The notes: a model not told the origin generated them from the letters alone. Counted from the first letter of the stretch, positions 19,287 through 29,842 are shown. The stretch: DNA of 64,000 nt from Acholeplasmataceae bacterium (GCA_963675245.1 OY775910.1:1440001-1504000); one strand, 5' to 3'. Numbers and translations: made by a program.

Positions 19287-20517
19287 ATCTTTTTTTATGC
19301 TTAATTTGATCTATTATTTTTAGTCTTTCGGCGAGTGCTTTTTCATAAGCAGATTCTAATTTAGGTACATAATATGTATGATCAATGATGTGGTCAGGCA
19401 TATAGGTTTGATCGTTAATACTATCGGGGTCATTATGCGGATAATGATATATTTCTGGATTTTGTTTAATACGTCGATTACTGGCTTGATCTGGAACAAC
19501 ACCTGTATCTTCATTTTCATATTCTGCGAGGGCTTTATCAATCGCAGTAATGCCGGTGTTTGATTTTGGCGACAATGCCATGTCAATAACGATTGTTCCC
19601 AAAATAATTCTCGCTTCTGGCCAACCTACTTTAATCGCAGCATCACATGCAGATGTAACCTTCACACCCATCATTGGATTAGCGAGGCCAATATCTTCAT
19701 ATGTAATGACTAACAAACGACGAATAATCGCTTGTAGATCACCTAACGTAATTAATCTTGCAAGAAAATGGATAGAAGCATCCACATCGGATCCTCTAAT
19801 TGATTTTTGTAAAGCACTTAGTAAATCATAGAAATGATCTTCATGATCATCTAAATCATGTCTGATTTTACCTGCTACACGATAAACGGTTTGGCTCGTA
19901 AGTTTATCACCGTCATTTAAAATGATTGAACAGCTCTCAAGGATATTTAAAGCACTTCTAATCTCGTGATTAGATAAGCGAATGATCGCTTTAAAAGCAT
20001 TTTTATCCATGCGTAAATCCATATCAAGTTCTTGCAATCCCCGTTTAATAGCTTGCTCTATGGCTACATCGTTCAGATTCTTAACTTCAAATAAGTGACA
20101 TCTTGAGCGAATAGCCATATTAATACTTTGATAGGGGTTTAACGTCGTTAATCCGATCACAATCGCATGACCATTTTCCATGTATGGTAATAAATAATCC
20201 TGAATATCTGTTTTCATGCGATGTATTTCATCGATGATGACCAACACATCATGATAATTAGTTGTATCCAATATTTGTTTTAATTTAGCTTTATTATCGG
20301 TGGAAGCATTGAAGAAATAAGTATCTAGTTCAGATGTTTCTGCAACAATGGCTGCGATAGTCGTTTTACCTGTGCCAGGAGGACCATATAGAATGAATGA
20401 CATTAATTTATGCTTTTCAAGCATCAAACGTAAAACACCATCTTTTCCTACAAGATGGTCTTGTCCAAATACATCGTCAAATTGAGTGGGTCTCATGCGG
20501 TATGCTAATGGTTTCAT
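19285..20517 (-). CDS. rarA: Replication-associated recombination protein A (MgsA/RarA)
   Basis: PLAYRMRP, GPPGTGKTT, IDEIHR, SALQKSIRGSD, EDIGLA, SPKSN; ATG 20517 with RBS AGGAG. Confidence 0.95.
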   Translation of the reverse strand: MKPLAYRMRPTQFDDVFGQDHLVGKDGVLRLMLEKHKLMSFILYGPPGTGKTTIAAIVAETSELDTYFFNASTDNKAKLKQILDTTNYHDVLVIIDEIHRMKTDIQDYLLPYMENGHAIVIGLTTLNPYQSINMAIRSRCHLFEVKNLNDVAIEQAIKRGLQELDMDLRMDKNAFKAIIRLSNHEIRSALNILESCSIILNDGDKLTSQTVYRVAGKIRHDLDDHEDHFYDLLSALQKSIRGSDVDASIHFLARLITLGDLQAIIRRLLVITYEDIGLANPMMGVKVTSACDAAIKVGWPEARIILGTIVIDMALSPKSNTGITAIDKALAEYENEDTGVVPDQASNRRIKQNPEIYHYPHNDPDSINDQTYMPDHIIDHTYYVPKLESAYEKALAERLKIIDQIKHKKR

Positions 20518-20617
20518 AATGTCTCCTAATCTCATTATAGCATACTTGCTAATCTCTTATGAATGAGTTAAAATAATACCGTATTCGTTTATTAAATAAC
20601 TGTCACTGGAGGACAAA

Positions 20618-21130
20618 ATGGACTTAAAAAAATACATCGCAGAAGTACCAAATTTTCCAAAGAAAGATATCCTTTTTAGAGATATAACACCATTGATGCT
20701 TGATGGTAAAGCATATCAATATGCAGCACATGCATTTACAGCATATGCGAAAGAAAAAAAAGCAACTTTGATTGTTGGACCTGAAGCTAGAGGATTTATC
20801 TTTGGTTGTCCTGTATCTGTTGAACTTGGCATAGGCTTCGCACCTGTTAGAAAACCAGGTAAATTACCGAGAGAAACAGTGACATTCTCATATGATTTAG
20901 AGTATGGTTCTAATGAACTATGTCTGCATAAAGATGCGGTAAAACCTGGTGATCGAGTGATCGTTATTGATGACTTGTTAGCGACAGGTGGAACCATGGA
21001 AGCAACTGTCAAACTTGTTGAAAAACTAGGTGGCGAAGTTGTTGGACTAGCTTTTTTAATTGAACTTACTGAATTAGATGGACGTAAAAAATTAGATAAT
21101 TATGATATACTAACTTTAATTAGTTATTAA
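20618..21130 (+). CDS. apt: Adenine phosphoribosyltransferase
   Basis: [33 protein letters not shown]. Confidence 0.97.
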   Translation: MDLKKYIAEVPNFPKKDILFRDITPLMLDGKAYQYAAHAFTAYAKEKKATLIVGPEARGFIFGCPVSVELGIGFAPVRKPGKLPRETVTFSYDLEYGSNELCLHKDAVKPGDRVIVIDDLLATGGTMEATVKLVEKLGGEVVGLAFLIELTELDGRKKLDNYDILTLISY

Positions 21131-21152
21131 CTAATTAGAAACGAGTGTTTGC

Positions 21153-23330
21153 ATGGCCGATGCATTATTCCAATCTTTAGCCGATAGTTTTGCTTCTTAT
21201 ATCCATAAAAAAGAAGATATCAAACTCATTGAGAATGCATATAATATTGCTAAAGATAAACATGTTGGTCAGATGCGTAAAAGTGGAGATCCTTACATTA
21301 CACATCCGGTCGCAGTAGCAAAAATTTTAGTTGAATTACGTGTAGGGCCAGCGACTTTGATCGCTGCTCTTTTGCATGATACTGTAGAAGATACCAATTA
21401 TACACTTGAAGAAGTGAAAGAAAAATTCGGTACTGAGATTGCAAATATAGTTGATGGTGTGACAAAAATAGGTCAATTATCCTTTAACCAAGTTGCTTCA
21501 CAAGCGGATAATCATCAAAAAATGTTACTTGCAATGGCAAAAGATATTCGTGTCATTGTCATAAAAATTGCCGATAGATTACACAATGTCAGAACACTTG
21601 GTTCTATGCCTCCAGAGAAACAATACCGTATCGCTAGTGAAACATTAGAAATTTATGCACCCCTAGCCCACAGACTAGGGATTTTTAGAATTAAGGCTGA
21701 ATTAGAAGATAGATCATTACGTTATACAGATCCACCGATGTACTATCGTGTATCAAACATGATTCAAGCCAAAAAAGCAGAAAGAGAAGCATCTATAGAA
21801 AAGGTCATTAAACATATTAAAACATTGTTTGATCAATCCGAATTAAATGATTTTGAAATAAAGGGGCGTATTAAAAACATTTTCTCAATCTATAAGAAAA
21901 TGGTTAGAGATAATCGCGCTTTTGAAGATATATATGACTTATTAGCCGTTAGAATCATTGTTGATAAAGTTGAAACGTGTTATCAAGCATTAGGTGTGAT
22001 TCATGCGAATTTTACACCAATCCCAAGGCGTTTTAAAGATTATATTGCTGTTCCAAAACCAAATATGTATCAATCCCTTCATACGACTGTCTTATCTGAA
22101 GATGGCACGCTTTTTGAGGTTCAAATTAGAACTCAAGATATGGATCAAGTAGCTGAATATGGGATTGCAGCTCACTGGGCATATAAAGAAAATAAGACCT
22201 ATTCAAAAGAACGTGAACAGTTTGAAATTGCTCAGAAGTTAAAGTGGTATGGTGAACTTTTGCGTATGAGTGAAGATGAAGATGAAGTATCAGGTGCCGC
22301 TGAAGAATTTGTTGATACAGTTAAAGGTGATATTTTAGATGCCAATGTTTATGTATTCACCCCTAAGGGAGAAGTCATAGAATTACCTAAAGGTGCAACC
22401 CCTATTGATTTTGCTTATCGTATTCACTCAGATGTTGGTAATAAAATGGTAGGTGCAATCGTTAATAATAGAATCGTTACGCTAGACTATAAATTAAATA
22501 CTGGCGATATTGTTTCTGTAAAGACGAATAAAAACTCAACTGGTCCATCAGAAGACTGGCTAAAGATTGCTAAGTCATCGCATGCGAAACATAAGATTAA
22601 GAGTTTTTTAAATAAGTTAAATAGGGATAACTTACTTCAAAATGGTAAAGACCAATTAGACAGAGAACTCGTTGCCCAAAAGGTTGATGAGTCAATTGAT
22701 GATGCATTCGTAAAAAAACATTTTGAAAAACATATGATTAAAACCGTTTCTGATTTATATTTAGAAATTGGTAAAGGATTAGTATCACCAAAAACAGTTG
22801 TTCAAAAACTATTAGGTAAAGAAGTAGATAAACAACTTATTTTACAAAGACAAATGGAAAAAGCAGCAAGACAACTCACAACACACTCAGAAACAGGTGT
22901 TGTTATTGAAGGATTATCTAGCCCTCAATTAAAGCTTGCAAATTGTTGCCTACCTATACCTGGAGATCCAATTGTTGGTTATATATCAAAAACAAGCGGG
23001 ATTGTTATTCATGCGACTTTCTGTCCCAATTGCAAGCAATTTGAGGATAGTCGTTTGATTGAAGCTTTTTGGTCATCTGAGATTGAGAGAAATTATCCGA
23101 CGAGGATCAAAGTCGTTGGTACATCTAAACCGACTTTACTAACTGAAGTGGTTACTGGTGTAAATGCACAAAAGATTTCTATTGCTGAAGTTAATGCGAT
23201 AACAACATCTTCACTTGAAATGATAATCAAACTAAAAATACTTGTTAAAAATCAAAATGATTTACAAGGTCTTATGGTTAATCTAAGAAAAATCAGTGAT
23301 ATTTCATCAGTGGAAAGGGATTACCAATGA
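21153..23330 (+). CDS. rel: Bifunctional (p)ppGpp synthetase/hydrolase
   Basis: RKSGDPYITHP, LHDTVED, RFKDYIA.PK.N.YQSLHT, EVQIRT, TGS and ACT domains. Confidence 0.97.
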   Translation: MADALFQSLADSFASYIHKKEDIKLIENAYNIAKDKHVGQMRKSGDPYITHPVAVAKILVELRVGPATLIAALLHDTVEDTNYTLEEVKEKFGTEIANIVDGVTKIGQLSFNQVASQADNHQKMLLAMAKDIRVIVIKIADRLHNVRTLGSMPPEKQYRIASETLEIYAPLAHRLGIFRIKAELEDRSLRYTDPPMYYRVSNMIQAKKAEREASIEKVIKHIKTLFDQSELNDFEIKGRIKNIFSIYKKMVRDNRAFEDIYDLLAVRIIVDKVETCYQALGVIHANFTPIPRRFKDYIAVPKPNMYQSLHTTVLSEDGTLFEVQIRTQDMDQVAEYGIAAHWAYKENKTYSKEREQFEIAQKLKWYGELLRMSEDEDEVSGAAEEFVDTVKGDILDANVYVFTPKGEVIELPKGATPIDFAYRIHSDVGNKMVGAIVNNRIVTLDYKLNTGDIVSVKTNKNSTGPSEDWLKIAKSSHAKHKIKSFLNKLNRDNLLQNGKDQLDRELVAQKVDESIDDAFVKKHFEKHMIKTVSDLYLEIGKGLVSPKTVVQKLLGKEVDKQLILQRQMEKAARQLTTHSETGVVIEGLSSPQLKLANCCLPIPGDPIVGYISKTSGIVIHATFCPNCKQFEDSRLIEAFWSSEIERNYPTRIKVVGTSKPTLLTEVVTGVNAQKISIAEVNAITTSSLEMIIKLKILVKNQNDLQGLMVNLRKISDISSVERDYQ

Positions 23331-23761
23331 GAGCAGTCGTACAACGTGTTAAGGAAGCAAAAGTAGCCGTTGATCATCAAATTGTTGGTGAGATCAAGCA
23401 TGGCTATCTGGTCTATTTAGGTGTGACCCACACTGATACAATTGAAACAGCGAAAAAAATCGCTGAAAAAATTTTGAAACTTCGTGTATTTGAAGATGAC
23501 GATGGAAAACTTAATCTCAATATTCACCAAGTAAAGGGTGCACTCTTAGTCGTTTCACAATTTACATTATATGGTGATGTCAAAGGCAACAATCGCCCAT
23601 CATTTATTGAAGCGGCTAGACCTGAAATGGCAAATGCTTTATATGACTATTTTGTGGAGGTCTTAAAAGCATCTTGTCACGTCGAAACTGGTGTTTTTCA
23701 AAGTCATATGGATGTTTCATCAGTAAATGATGGACCAGTCACGATCTTTATTGAATATTGA
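23327..23761 (+). CDS. dtd: D-aminoacyl-tRNA deacylase
   Basis: MRAVVQRV, SQFTL, NDGPVT; follows rel. Confidence 0.96.
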   Translation: MRAVVQRVKEAKVAVDHQIVGEIKHGYLVYLGVTHTDTIETAKKIAEKILKLRVFEDDDGKLNLNIHQVKGALLVVSQFTLYGDVKGNNRPSFIEAARPEMANALYDYFVEVLKASCHVETGVFQSHMDVSSVNDGPVTIFIEY

Positions 23762-23791
23762 TTGACTTTCTATATCTTTAAAAGATATAAT
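23762..23791 (+). promoter_or_regulatory. Promoter of the T-box leader
   Basis: TTGACT-18 bp-TATAAT. Confidence 0.75.
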
Positions 23792-23808
23792 AAGAGCATA
23801 ACTAAATC

Positions 23809-23944
23809 GCCTATGAAGAAGGATTTGGGTTTAACGTGACACCTTCAGAGGCACAGTTACTATAAATGAGTGCTAGGGAAGACCCTGGAACTAAGGTGGT
23901 ACCGCGAATCTTTCGTCCTTAGATGTTTTTTAAGGACGATTTTT
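23809..23944 (+). promoter_or_regulatory. T-box riboswitch with antiterminator and terminator
   Basis: T-box AAGGTGGTACCGCG 23893-23906 pairing with CGTCCTT; terminator TCGTCCTTA…TAAGGACGA-TTTTT; Stem III CTAGGG-aaga-CCCTGG; upstream of GNAT-hisS-aspS. Confidence 0.9.
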
Positions 23945-23955
23945 ATATGGAGAAA

Positions 23956-24531
23956 ATGAAAAATTATAAGAATATGCCAGACATTGATCTTGGCGATGTC
24001 ATACTACGTACAATTAAAAAGTCTGATTACAAGGACATGTTTGAATACGGTAGTGATCCAGACGTTACGAAATGGCTTAGCTGGGGTCCGATGATTAGTA
24101 TTGTCGAAGCTAAGAAAAGCATCAAAGAAGTTTTTTTCCCTAGAGTGAAACGTGGTTTGCCAATTGGGTATGCGATCATCTTTAAAGAAAATAATAAAAT
24201 GATTGGTACAATTGATTATCATGCGCGATTAGAAACGAGAAATGCTGCTGAAATTGGTTACTGTCTCAATAAAGATTATTGGGGTAAAGGTATTATGACG
24301 AAAGCACTCAAGAAAATGATAGAAATTGGTTTTGAGTATCTCTTATATGATGTAATCATTATTAAGCATTTACATGATAATATTGGTTCGATGAGAGTCA
24401 TTGTTAAAAATGGTTTTAAATTTGTTTCACAAATGCCTTATTCTTATGACAAGGCACAAGGTAAGTTAGAAGGTATGCTCATGTGTTATGAGCTTAAAAA
24501 GGAGGATTACGATGTCTATTCATCGCGTTAA
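23956..24531 (+). CDS. RimJ/RimL-family GNAT N-acetyltransferase
   Basis: LR.IK.SD, AEIGYCLNKDYWGKGIMT, N.GS.RV..KNGF; ATG 23956 after GGAG (the ORF-track start lies inside the terminator). Confidence 0.88.
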   Translation: MKNYKNMPDIDLGDVILRTIKKSDYKDMFEYGSDPDVTKWLSWGPMISIVEAKKSIKEVFFPRVKRGLPIGYAIIFKENNKMIGTIDYHARLETRNAAEIGYCLNKDYWGKGIMTKALKKMIEIGFEYLLYDVIIIKHLHDNIGSMRVIVKNGFKFVSQMPYSYDKAQGKLEGMLMCYELKKEDYDVYSSR

Positions 24532-25777
24532 AGGTACGTATGACGTACTACCAAGTGAATCAGCAAAGTGGCATGCACTAGAATTGAAAGTGAAAGCTAT
24601 TTTCAAAAGGTATCATGTCCATCAAATGAGAACACCAATCATGGAATATAGTGCTGTTTTCCATAGACAAAATGATTTATCTGATATGGTAACGAAGGAA
24701 ACCTATGATTTTAAAGATCGTAGTGATCGGGATCTTACGCTTAGACCAGAAGGCACAGCAGGTATCATAAGAAGTTATGTGGAACATAAATTATATGCCT
24801 CTCAAGAAATTGAAAAAGTTTATTATATTGGCCCAAATTATAGATATGAAAGACCACAAAAAGGTAGATATAGGGAATTTTATCAGTTTGGCGTAGAGGC
24901 AATAGGCACAGTTAATCCTGCGCTTGATGCTGAAATGATTATGCTTGCCTATGATCTTTTCCAAGAACTAGGCTTAAAAGGTGTTAAGGTTAACGTCAAT
25001 AGTCTAGGTAATCGACAATCAAGACGCGATTATCAAGAAGCCTTAATAAAGCATTTAGCACCTCATAAAGTCACGTTATGTAAAGATTGTCAAGAACGTT
25101 TAGAAAAAAATCCACTTAGAATATTAGATTGTAAAATTGACCATGATCATCCAGGTGTTGTTAGTGCACCTACGCCAATTGATTATTTAGATGAAGAATC
25201 TATCAATTATTTTGAAGCTGTTAGATCATATTTGGATGCTGCAAACATTGATTATGAGGTCTCACCAAGAATGGTTCGCGGTCTTGATTATTATAGTCAT
25301 ACTGTGTTTGAAATAGAAGCAGATATAGAAGGTTTTGGTGCACAAAATGTACTAGGTGGCGGTGGTAGATATCAAAACTTAGTGAAAGAATTAGGTGGAC
25401 CAGATTTAGGTGGTATTGGTTTCGCATGTGGTATGGAGCGTATTTTAGATGCTTTAGATATGGAAGGTATCACAATTGTTGATGAAAAACCTTTAGATGT
25501 CTATGTCATCGCATTTGGTGAACATACGAAAAAAATTGCCTTAACGTTACTTCACGATTTACGAGTAGCTGGTTTAAGTGCAGATATGAATTATACAGGT
25601 AAAGCATTTAAAGGACAATTGAAGCAAGCACTGCGCTATGACTCATCATATCTTGTGATATTAGGTGAAGATGAAGTCGCACAAGGTGTTGCAGGTATTA
25701 AAGATACAAAAACAGAACAACAAGAAAACGTCAAATTGGATGACGTTGTTAACTTTGTGTTGAAAAGAGGTCAATAA
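24512..25777 (+). CDS. hisS: Histidine--tRNA ligase
   Basis: LRPEGTAG, RYERPQKGRYREF.Q, VRGLDYY, GGGRY; RBS AAGGAGG. Confidence 0.98.
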   Translation: MSIHRVKGTYDVLPSESAKWHALELKVKAIFKRYHVHQMRTPIMEYSAVFHRQNDLSDMVTKETYDFKDRSDRDLTLRPEGTAGIIRSYVEHKLYASQEIEKVYYIGPNYRYERPQKGRYREFYQFGVEAIGTVNPALDAEMIMLAYDLFQELGLKGVKVNVNSLGNRQSRRDYQEALIKHLAPHKVTLCKDCQERLEKNPLRILDCKIDHDHPGVVSAPTPIDYLDEESINYFEAVRSYLDAANIDYEVSPRMVRGLDYYSHTVFEIEADIEGFGAQNVLGGGGRYQNLVKELGGPDLGGIGFACGMERILDALDMEGITIVDEKPLDVYVIAFGEHTKKIALTLLHDLRVAGLSADMNYTGKAFKGQLKQALRYDSSYLVILGEDEVAQGVAGIKDTKTEQQENVKLDDVVNFVLKRGQ

Positions 25778-25779
25778 GC

Positions 25780-27498
25780 ATGTCATACGAATATAAAAAT
25801 AATGGTGAGTTATCCATCAAGAATGTTGGTGAATATGTTCATTTAAGAGGATGGGTTCAAAAAGCTAGAAATTTAGGTGGATTAATCTTTATAGATCTTA
25901 GAGATAGATTTGGAATCACACAATTAGCGATTAGACCTGAAAATAAGTTCTATGAATTAGCACTAAATATAAAAGTCGAATACGTAATTGAATTGAATGG
26001 TATCGTTGTCGAAAGAGAGTCAAAAAATCCTCATTTAAGTACTGGTGACATTGAAATTAATGTTGAAGAGTTGACGGTATTAAATTCGAGTGAAACACCG
26101 CCAATAATCGTTTCTGATAAAACGGATGCACTCGAAGATACGAGACTAAAATATCGTTACCTTGACCTAAGAAGACCTGTGATGCAAAATTTTTTAATTA
26201 AAAGACATGAAATTATGCAGTCAATCAGGCACGTCCTAGTCGATGAAGGATTCTATGAGTTAGAAACACCAATTCTTGGTAAATCAACCCCTGAAGGAGC
26301 AAGAGATTATCTTGTGCCATCAAGATTGTATGCGGGTCATTTTTATGCATTACCACAATCACCACAACTCTATAAGCAATTGTTTATGATTGCTGGTTTT
26401 GAAAAGTATTTCCAAATCGCGAAATGCTTTAGAGATGAAGATTTACGTGCTGATAGACAACCGGAATTCACACAAGTTGATATTGAATTATCTTTTAGAT
26501 CAGAAGAGGAGATTAGAGCGCTTACTGAACGTCTTTTAAAGTATACGTTTAAACGTGTCTTAAATCTTGATATTGAAACACCTTTTATGACGATGACTTA
26601 TGAAGAAGCCAGAGAATCTTATGGTAGCGATAAACCAGATTTACGTTTTGGACTAAAAATTGAAAATTTTAAATCAAGTTTTACACATAGTGATATCCCA
26701 TTATTTCATGATAAGGAATACGTTAAAGGGATTAGAGTACCGGATTCAAGTGCACTATCAAGAAAGAAATTAGACAAATTAGCAGAACATGTGAAGAAAA
26801 ATCATGGTGAAGCACTTGCTTATGTGAAATATGCAAACGATCAATATAGTGGTAGTATTGCTAAATTGATTGATGAGAAAGATTTATCCTCTTTACAACT
26901 TCAAAATGAGGAAATGATTTTATTTGTACCAGGTAGAAAAAAAGATGTATTAGATGCTTTAGGTGCCTTAAGAATTGAACTAGCTAAAACGTTTAATCTA
27001 ATCGAATCAGATGTATATAAATTCTTATGGGTTGTTGATTTTCCATTATTCGAATACAATGAAGAAGAGGACCGTTTAGTTGCACAACATCATCCATTTA
27101 CAGCTCCTCAACATATCAACGACATGAAAGAGCATCCTGAAACTGCGTTAGCCAAAGCGTATGACGTTATTTTGAATGGTTATGAACTTGGGGGAGGTTC
27201 TATTCGTATCCACGATCAAAACGTCCAAGAATTGATGTTTAATACGCTTGGCTTATCTGAATATGATATTAAAGAACGTTTTGGATTTTTTGTCGATGCA
27301 TTAAAATATGGTACTCCACCACATGGTGGGATTGCTTTAGGGTTAGATAGACTTGTAATGCTAATGACAAACACCACAAACATTAAAGATGTTATTGCAT
27401 TCCCTAAAACACAAAGTGCTAAGGATCAAATGATGCAAGCACCAAGTGAAGTGGATATCAAGCAAATAGAAGAATTACATTTAAAGGTTGGTGAATAG
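25780..27498 (+). CDS. aspS: Aspartate--tRNA ligase
   Basis: FIDLRDR, RLKYRYLDLRR, TPEGARDY, FRDEDLRADRQPEFTQ, PPHGGIALGLDR. Confidence 0.98.
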   Translation: MSYEYKNNGELSIKNVGEYVHLRGWVQKARNLGGLIFIDLRDRFGITQLAIRPENKFYELALNIKVEYVIELNGIVVERESKNPHLSTGDIEINVEELTVLNSSETPPIIVSDKTDALEDTRLKYRYLDLRRPVMQNFLIKRHEIMQSIRHVLVDEGFYELETPILGKSTPEGARDYLVPSRLYAGHFYALPQSPQLYKQLFMIAGFEKYFQIAKCFRDEDLRADRQPEFTQVDIELSFRSEEEIRALTERLLKYTFKRVLNLDIETPFMTMTYEEARESYGSDKPDLRFGLKIENFKSSFTHSDIPLFHDKEYVKGIRVPDSSALSRKKLDKLAEHVKKNHGEALAYVKYANDQYSGSIAKLIDEKDLSSLQLQNEEMILFVPGRKKDVLDALGALRIELAKTFNLIESDVYKFLWVVDFPLFEYNEEEDRLVAQHHPFTAPQHINDMKEHPETALAKAYDVILNGYELGGGSIRIHDQNVQELMFNTLGLSEYDIKERFGFFVDALKYGTPPHGGIALGLDRLVMLMTNTTNIKDVIAFPKTQSAKDQMMQAPSEVDIKQIEELHLKVGE

Positions 27499-27499
27499 T

Positions 27500-28003
27500 A
27501 TGGCTAAAATTATATTAGCAGGTGGGTGTTTTTGGGGCGTTGAAGCTTATTTTAAACAATTAAAAGGCGTTCTTGACACATCTGTAGGTTACATTGATGG
27601 TAATAAAAGAAATCCAAGTTATCAGGAAGTTTGCAATGGACTAGCGTCTCATACTGAAGCTTGTGAGATTAATTATGATGAATCAGTAATAACACTCAAT
27701 ATGATACTGGATCATTTTTTAAGATTTGTAAATCCATTTAGCATTAATAAGCAAGGCAATGATATTGGAAGACAGTATCGTAGTGGTGTTTATGTCAGTG
27801 ATGAAGAAGAACAAAAACAAGTTGAGTCGTATCTTAAATCTTACTTTAAAGATGATTATAATCGTGTTCAAATTAAAGTTAAATTCAATAAAGATTATGA
27901 TTTAGCAGAAACATATCACCAGGATTATTTAGATAAGAATCCGAGTGGTTACTGTCATGTTAATTTAAATTTAGCAATGAAGGATGAAAAGAAAAATGCG
28001 TAA
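27500..28003 (+). CDS. msrA: Peptide methionine sulfoxide reductase A
   Basis: AGGCFWG, QG.D.G.QYRS, AE.YHQDYL.KNP.GYC. Confidence 0.96.
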   Translation: MAKIILAGGCFWGVEAYFKQLKGVLDTSVGYIDGNKRNPSYQEVCNGLASHTEACEINYDESVITLNMILDHFLRFVNPFSINKQGNDIGRQYRSGVYVSDEEEQKQVESYLKSYFKDDYNRVQIKVKFNKDYDLAETYHQDYLDKNPSGYCHVNLNLAMKDEKKNA

Positions 28004-28460
28004 AGATTATATTTCTTGGGACCAGTATTTTATGGGTGTCGCTAAACTTTCTGCATTACGAAGTAAAGATCCAGACACACAAGTAGGTGCATGTATTGTT
28101 AATCAAGATAAAAGAATTGTCGGTATTGGCTATAATGGATTTCCTATGGGCTGTGCAGATGATAGTTTTCCTTGGTCTAAAGATGGAGAACCTGTGGATA
28201 CAAAGTATCCATATGTTGTACACGCAGAGGCGAATGCTATCTTAAATGCAACACAATCACTTAAAGGTGCGACTATTTATGTGACGTTATTTCCATGTAA
28301 TGAATGTGCCAAACTCATCATCCAAAGTGGTATAAAAGAAATTGTGTTTGAATCAAATAAAGATAGAGATAAAGACACACATAAAGCAGCGCTAAAAATG
28401 CTTGATGCCTCTGGTGTGACTTATCATCAAATTGAGGTTGGAACGCTTAAATATGCTTAA
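27996..28460 (+). CDS. dCMP deaminase
   Basis: RSKDP.TQVGA, GYNG, HAEANA, PCNEC. Confidence 0.93.
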   Translation: MRKDYISWDQYFMGVAKLSALRSKDPDTQVGACIVNQDKRIVGIGYNGFPMGCADDSFPWSKDGEPVDTKYPYVVHAEANAILNATQSLKGATIYVTLFPCNECAKLIIQSGIKEIVFESNKDRDKDTHKAALKMLDASGVTYHQIEVGTLKYA

Positions 28461-29445
28461 ATTCATTAAAGAACACTTAAAACTAATCATTATATTGGCT
28501 TTTGCTTATACATATGCCCTTATGGTTTTAGTGACACCAACAGGATACTCAATCATCGCACCTGGAGGTTTAACACCAATGAATGAGTCATTTATCATTG
28601 ATGGTCATCCTGCCTCAGATGATTTTTATACTGTGTATGTTTATGCATATGATCCAATCACGGTATTCCAATATTTCTTGCTTCATGATGATGAGAAAGT
28701 CAATATTTATAAAACGACTGTGAGAGAAGCGATTACAACGCCTTCTGAAAGTATTGCACAAGGCAAACTTCAAAAAACATCATCTTATGAACTCGCTTTA
28801 ATCAATGCATATGAACAAGCACATCTAACAGACCCAAATATCACCATTGATTACACATTTGATGGATTATATATCAATGATTACCCAAGACGGATCGAAG
28901 CGCTAGAAATTGGCGATATTATCATTGCAGTAAATGGTGTCTACGCATCATCTATGGACGATCAAGATTTTAGAGTGTTAGCTTATCAAAGTCAAGTCAC
29001 TTATACAATTGATAGAGATGGTGACATATTTGATTATACGTATGTAGAAGAAGATGACGATTTAATCTTTTGGTTCTATCCATCGTTTACCATTAATAGT
29101 GCAAATCCAGCATATGATATTCCAGGTTTGAATAATAGCGTTGGTGGTCCTAGTGGTGGTCTATTGCAAACACTATCGATATATGCAAGTTTATTAAATA
29201 TAAACTTTGATGATGTCAAAATTGCTGGAACTGGTACGATAAACAGTGATGGATCAATTGGTAGAATTGGTGGTATTAGACAAAAAATATTAACTGCTGA
29301 TTATCTTGGCGTTGATTTATTTTTCATTCCAGAATCACATATGGAAGAAATCGAAGATCTTAGTTATAGTTTTGATATTATACCAGTAACAACCATAGAA
29401 GAAGCCTTAATGGGGCTATTGGAGTATGCTAATGGATTGGATTAA
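28453..29445 (+). CDS. YlbL-like PDZ/Lon (S16) membrane protease
   Basis: N-terminal TM, PDZ-like L.IGD.I.AVNG, GGPSGG catalytic Ser, IAGTGTI…IGGIRQK. Confidence 0.88.
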   Translation: MLKFIKEHLKLIIILAFAYTYALMVLVTPTGYSIIAPGGLTPMNESFIIDGHPASDDFYTVYVYAYDPITVFQYFLLHDDEKVNIYKTTVREAITTPSESIAQGKLQKTSSYELALINAYEQAHLTDPNITIDYTFDGLYINDYPRRIEALEIGDIIIAVNGVYASSMDDQDFRVLAYQSQVTYTIDRDGDIFDYTYVEEDDDLIFWFYPSFTINSANPAYDIPGLNNSVGGPSGGLLQTLSIYASLLNINFDDVKIAGTGTINSDGSIGRIGGIRQKILTADYLGVDLFFIPESHMEEIEDLSYSFDIIPVTTIEEALMGLLEYANGLD

Positions 29446-29842
29446 AAAGCAGTTGACCAAGCTATCAAAAGGCTTTAGAAGATATGTTGTCTTAACAAAA
29501 AGAGTAGATGAAAATGTTAAGGTTTTATCTATTGTTAAATCAGTGTTAGGATCACTATTAATCACAGTGATTATTGTCTTAATTCCAATATTGGTTATTA
29601 TCAATATGTTTATATATACTAAACTTACGTTATTATTGGCTATTTTATTACTAACTGTTGTTATAGGTGCAGTTTTCCTATATTTTCAGTTTTATTATGT
29701 ACTTTTGAAAAACTATCATCCTAAATTAGAAGAGATTGCTTATCGTATTCCTCAATTTGTTGAAAGTATATTCGTGAGTTTAATATTATTGATAACAGGA
29801 ATTGTTGTAATCGTTGTTATTTTGCAAGGAGTTTTAATATGA
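29432..29842 (+). CDS. Hypothetical membrane protein
   Basis: About 3 TM segments; overlaps both neighbours in the operon. Confidence 0.7.
   Translation: MDWIKKQLTKLSKGFRRYVVLTKRVDENVKVLSIVKSVLGSLLITVIIVLIPILVIINMFIYTKLTLLLAILLLTVVIGAVFLYFQFYYVLLKNYHPKLEEIAYRIPQFVESIFVSLILLITGIVVIVVILQGVLI

Noticed and set aside
23771..23789. TATATCTTT-A-AAAGATATA inverted repeat in the T-box promoter
   Set aside because: Low complexity; no supporting regulator or second site
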